Source: Camelus ferus (taxonomy: Eukaryota). Taken from it: DNA of 64,000 nucleotides. Below are positions 59,981 through 64,000 of this stretch, piece by piece. The first letter of the stretch is position 1. Each line of letters opens with the position of its first letter. The translations under genes were made by a program, and so were the position numbers. The stretch spans positions 6,014,001-6,078,000 of the forward strand of contig NC_045711.1 in NCBI RefSeq assembly GCF_009834535.1. The letters are read 5' to 3'. The notes under the pieces are model-generated. The model was not told where the DNA came from and searched no databases. It worked only from the letters and a program-made list of their open reading frames with translations.

Positions 59981-61379
59981 GAACTATTACCCTTTTCTGA
60001 CTTGCTAAGAATCCTGGGCTTCAGGGAAACTGATCTCCTCCTCGGTTCCTGGGGTCTCAGTGCCTTTCATCAGGCTAGTAATGCCTGATGACCTGGATTG
60101 CCTCCTCATCCTGTCCACCCCTCTGAATTTTAGCCATCCTTCAATTCCAAACAGGAATTTGCTTTTCCATTCGTTGCCATGTATTGGTATTTTTCCAAAA
60201 GGACAGTTCCGTCACTTCACATGTGATTTCAGTGTGAGTTTGAAATGTTGAGTGTTACACAGTAAGATCTTAGGTACATAAAACCTTTCTCATAGATGGT
60301 CCCCAAAAGCATGCTATCAGTGGATGGAGTGCCTGGACAGGGAGATCTCTGTGAGAGGTGAGAAGAGACAGAGTAGCCACTGAACAAAGGAGTTCAGTTT
60401 AAGGGACCTTGAAGGGAATCCAAGAATCCTAATTCCCAGAATTACCAGGCTTACAAACCTAGAAGCATCATCTTAGCATGGCCAGAATTCTTCCTACAAA
60501 CTCATAAGAAATCTTTGGAAGTGATTCTCCTACCTGCATGCGTAGAGAATAGATTTAGAGGGATTCTAGATGGGAAAGACAATCAAGAGACATACGGGCA
60601 GGGCATAGGCGCGTGTTGGGTAAGGGAAGGATTCCGGATGCTTTTCTATTATTACTCAATCTTGTCTCCCATCTGTCTTGCTCTTAAGACATTAGTCCAC
60701 ACAGGACTAAGAGAGAGGAGGGGAGGAGAAATAAGTAGTTACAAGAATGGGGGTGACTCTAGTCTGTGGTCATCTTGCAAACATTAAGAGTTTTTATTAA
60801 ACACAAGATTTAAGAGGAAGGAAAAATGGCGGTGCAACAATAGAGAAGAAATAAAATCCTGAAGTGAGGGGGAGAGGAAGCAAGCAGGAGGAGGAGGAAG
60901 AAAAGAGGATTAAAAGGGGAACATTGGAGGGTAGGAAGGGAGAGAGAGGGGCCTGGTTTTTTTTCTCTTAGGTGTGGGAAGAAGCTGTAAATGCGTGTGT
61001 GGGAGGTGGGGGGAAAACCATTTGCATCTATATACTGCTCTCCCTGCCACTCTGACCTAAATTCCACCCAACACATAAGCCAGCACAGACAAAAATCTTA
61101 GATACAGATAAAGTCAATGGTCTCCCAAATCCCATTCCCCAGCATTCTTGCCCAAAGACTTCCCCATACCATCCCTCCACCCCATGCTTGTCTTACAATA
61201 GGCTTTGGCAGGATCCTTCTTTCTCAGTGCTGACTTGTCCATGGGAAGGACACTGGGGCATCACCTACCTCTAGCCCAAAGAGGCCAATGGGACTTAGAG
61301 CTCCCCATCATCCAGGCCACCCTGCTCCTGCAGCTCCATTCCTCTCCTGGCCTTCTCAGACCAGGAACACATATAGGAT

Positions 61380-61490
61380 TGGCCTTAAGGGGAGGGACAT
61401 TCCTAGGGGAATAATACTTAGGCTCAATTCATGAAATGAAGCTGGGTTCAGGCTGCTGAGAGCAAGAGCAATGGGAGCTATTAAAAAGCA
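61380..61490 (-). promoter_or_regulatory. Candidate OR4D1 promoter
   Basis: O/E-like TCCTAGGGGA 61401-61410; CTTTTTAATAG (minus) within 61490-61478; homologous to the blocks at 42.2 and 53.9 kb. Confidence 0.55.
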
Positions 61491-61859
61491 TGTGAGCTAT
61501 TGCATCAGATGCACATGAGCATTGGGAAACTGTCTGGGGCAAAACACTTCAGGGGCACTGATCGTAGGACCACGATGAAGAAGGTTAAGGGTGCTTAAAG
61601 GAAATAAATTCCCAGGGAGGTTTATAAGAACCAAATCTCTTGAGGTCAGCACCATGGGCAGCGCAAGGCCTCTACCCTCTCCTACCACCACCGTCGTTGA
61701 ACAAGTGAGCTATGTCCTAGGACATGGTCCAGGTCACGCCCTTTATAGACTAAACTCCGAAGCCTTTTTCAATGTACAACTGTGTAGGGATCTGTCACCC
61801 CAGCCTGTGATCTGCTGTCCTTTCATCTAGAGTGAACTTCTCAATATAAATCGACTAAA

Positions 61860-64000
61860 TTTACTCTCAAGATAGAACTCACATACCATAAAATTCACCA
61901 TTTTAAAGTGCACAGTTCAGTGGGTTTTAGCTTATTCATAAACTTGAGTAACCATCCCCACTATCTAACTCCAGGACATTTTCACCACTCCAAAAAGAAA
62001 CCTCCTATGCTTCAGCAGTCACTATACATTCTGTTCTCTCTTCAGTCCCAGGCAACCACTAATCTAATTTTTGTTCCTATGGATTTACCTATCCTGGATA
62101 TTCCATATAAATGAAATCACATGATACGCTGTCTTTGTCTTGCTTCTTTCAGTAAGCACAACGTTTCCAAGGTTCATCCATATTGTAGCATGTATCAGTA
62201 CTTCACTCCTTTCTACGAACAGATAATATTCTATTGTAGGGATATATACCACTTTTGTTTAGCCATTAATCAGTTCTTGGATATTTGAGTTGTTTCTCCT
62301 TTTTGACTATTGTGAATAATGCTGCCATAACGTTTGTACAGAAGTTTTTGTGTGGACTTATTTTTTCACTTATCTTGGATATATACCTAGGAGTAGAAGT
62401 ACCAGATCAAATGGTAATTCTAGGTTTAACCTTTTAAAGACCTGCCGGTCTGTTTTCCGGTGGCTGCACCATTTTATATTTCTACCAGCAGCATATGAGC
62501 AGTGATAATATCTCAATATCATTGCCAACACTTATTATCTCTCTTTTTTAATTACAACCGCCTTAGTGGGAGTAAAGTGGTAGCTCACTTTGCATGATGG
62601 TGGTTTTGATTTGCATTTCCTTAACGATCAGTGGTATCTTTTCATGTGCTTTTTGGCCATTTGTACATCTCCTTGGGAGAAATGTCTGTTCAAGACCTTT
62701 GTCCATTTTTAACTAGAGCTGTCTTTTTGTTGTTGAGTTTTAAGGATTCTTTTCATATTCTAGATATTAAACTCATATGTTGTGTGATTTACAAATATTC
62801 TCCCATTCTGTAGGTTATCTTTTCACATTCTTGACAATATACTTTGATGCACAGAAGTTTTTTTACTTCTATGAAGTCTAATCTATTTATTTTTTCATTT
62901 TTTGCTCATGTTTTTGGCGTCAAATTTTAAAATCTGTTGCCAAATTTGAGATCATGAAGATTTACTTCTTCTAAGAGTTTTTACAGAGTTCGAACTCTTA
63001 TACTTAGGCACTTGATTCATGCTGAGTTCATTTTTATAGAGAGAGTTTCACATGTGGTTACCCAGTTGTCCCAATCGTTTCTTGAAGAGATGATTATTTC
63101 TCCATTGAATAGCCGTGTTACCATGGTAAAACAAATCAATTAACTATAGATGTTTTGGTCTACTTTGGACAACAGTTCAATTCCATTGGTCTATAAGTTT
63201 ATCATTATTCTGGTACCACATTGTTTTGATTAACTGTAGCTTTATAGTAAGTTTTGAAATTAGGAAGTGTGAGTCCACCTACTTTGTTTTTCTTTTTCAA
63301 AATTGTTTTGACTTTTAGGGGCCCCTTGTAATTGCATATGAATTTGAGGATTAGATATTCCATTTTTGCAAAAAAAGCCATTGGAACTTTGACAGGGATT
63401 GCATTGAATCTGTAAATCAGTTTGGGGGGTATTGCCATCTTAACAGCATTAAGCCTTCCAACCTATGAACACAAGATGCCTTTCATTTATTCAGGTCTTT
63501 ATTAATTTTTTTCAGCAATGTTTTGTAGTTTTCAGTTTACAAGTCTTTCACTTTTCTGGTTAAATTTTTCCTAGGTATTTTATTCTTTTGGGTGCTATTA
63601 TAAATGGAATTCTTTTCTTAACTTCTTTTTTTTTATTATTATTGTTCATCAGTTTGTAGGACAACTGATATTTGTATGTTGATCTCGGACCCTGCTTTGC
63701 TGACATTCTTTATTAGCTCTAATAGGTTTTTGTGGATTCTACAGGATTTTCTATATATATAGAATCATGTCAACTGAAGATAGTTTTACTTTACCCTTTC
63801 TAATATAGATGCCTTTTATTTCTTTTTCTTGCCCAAATGCTATGGCCAGAACTTCCAGTATAATATTGAGTAGGATTAGCAAAAGTGGTCATCTTTTTCT
63901 TGTTCTAGATCTTAGTGGGGAACGCTTTCAGTGTTTCACCATTGAGTATGATGTTAGCTGTGTGTTTTTCATAAATGTCCCCCTTGTATTTCAGATTTGC
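61860..64000 (-). mobile_element. L1MA/MB-type element, 3' end to ORF2, running off the window
   Basis: cataccataaaattcaccattttaaagtg..; ORF2 remnant [33 protein letters not shown] (63205-63438). Confidence 0.88.

Overview
Mammalian genomic DNA, most likely camelid, judged from several vic-1-type tRNA-derived SINEs. The window matches the MKS1-EPX-OR4D region (human 17q22 synteny, from recall). It contains a complete 18-exon MKS1 on + (CDS 3304-14624, 1680 nt, 559 aa) and a complete convergent EPX on - (12 coding exons, 26221-16211, 2148 nt, 715 aa, plus a spliced 3'UTR exon). Three single-exon OR4D olfactory receptor ORFs lie on -: an OR4D1-like gene (56888-57823), an OR4D2-like gene (50493-51428) and a third gene (38925-39860). 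The third gene is a mosaic with an OR4D2-type 5' end and upstream region but an OR4D1-type body and 3' flank. Next to it is an orphan 2.3 kb copy of the OR4D2 upstream/promoter region with no coding exon (about 35.9-38.25 kb). Two of the three receptors have lost the Arg of the MAYDRY motif. The rest is L1, L2, MIR, MER5, LTR and SINE repeats, a U6 retrocopy and two N gaps. I found no wholly new gene family; the most notable biology is the remodelling of the OR4D cluster by duplication and conversion. Repeat boundaries and identity values are by-eye estimates.
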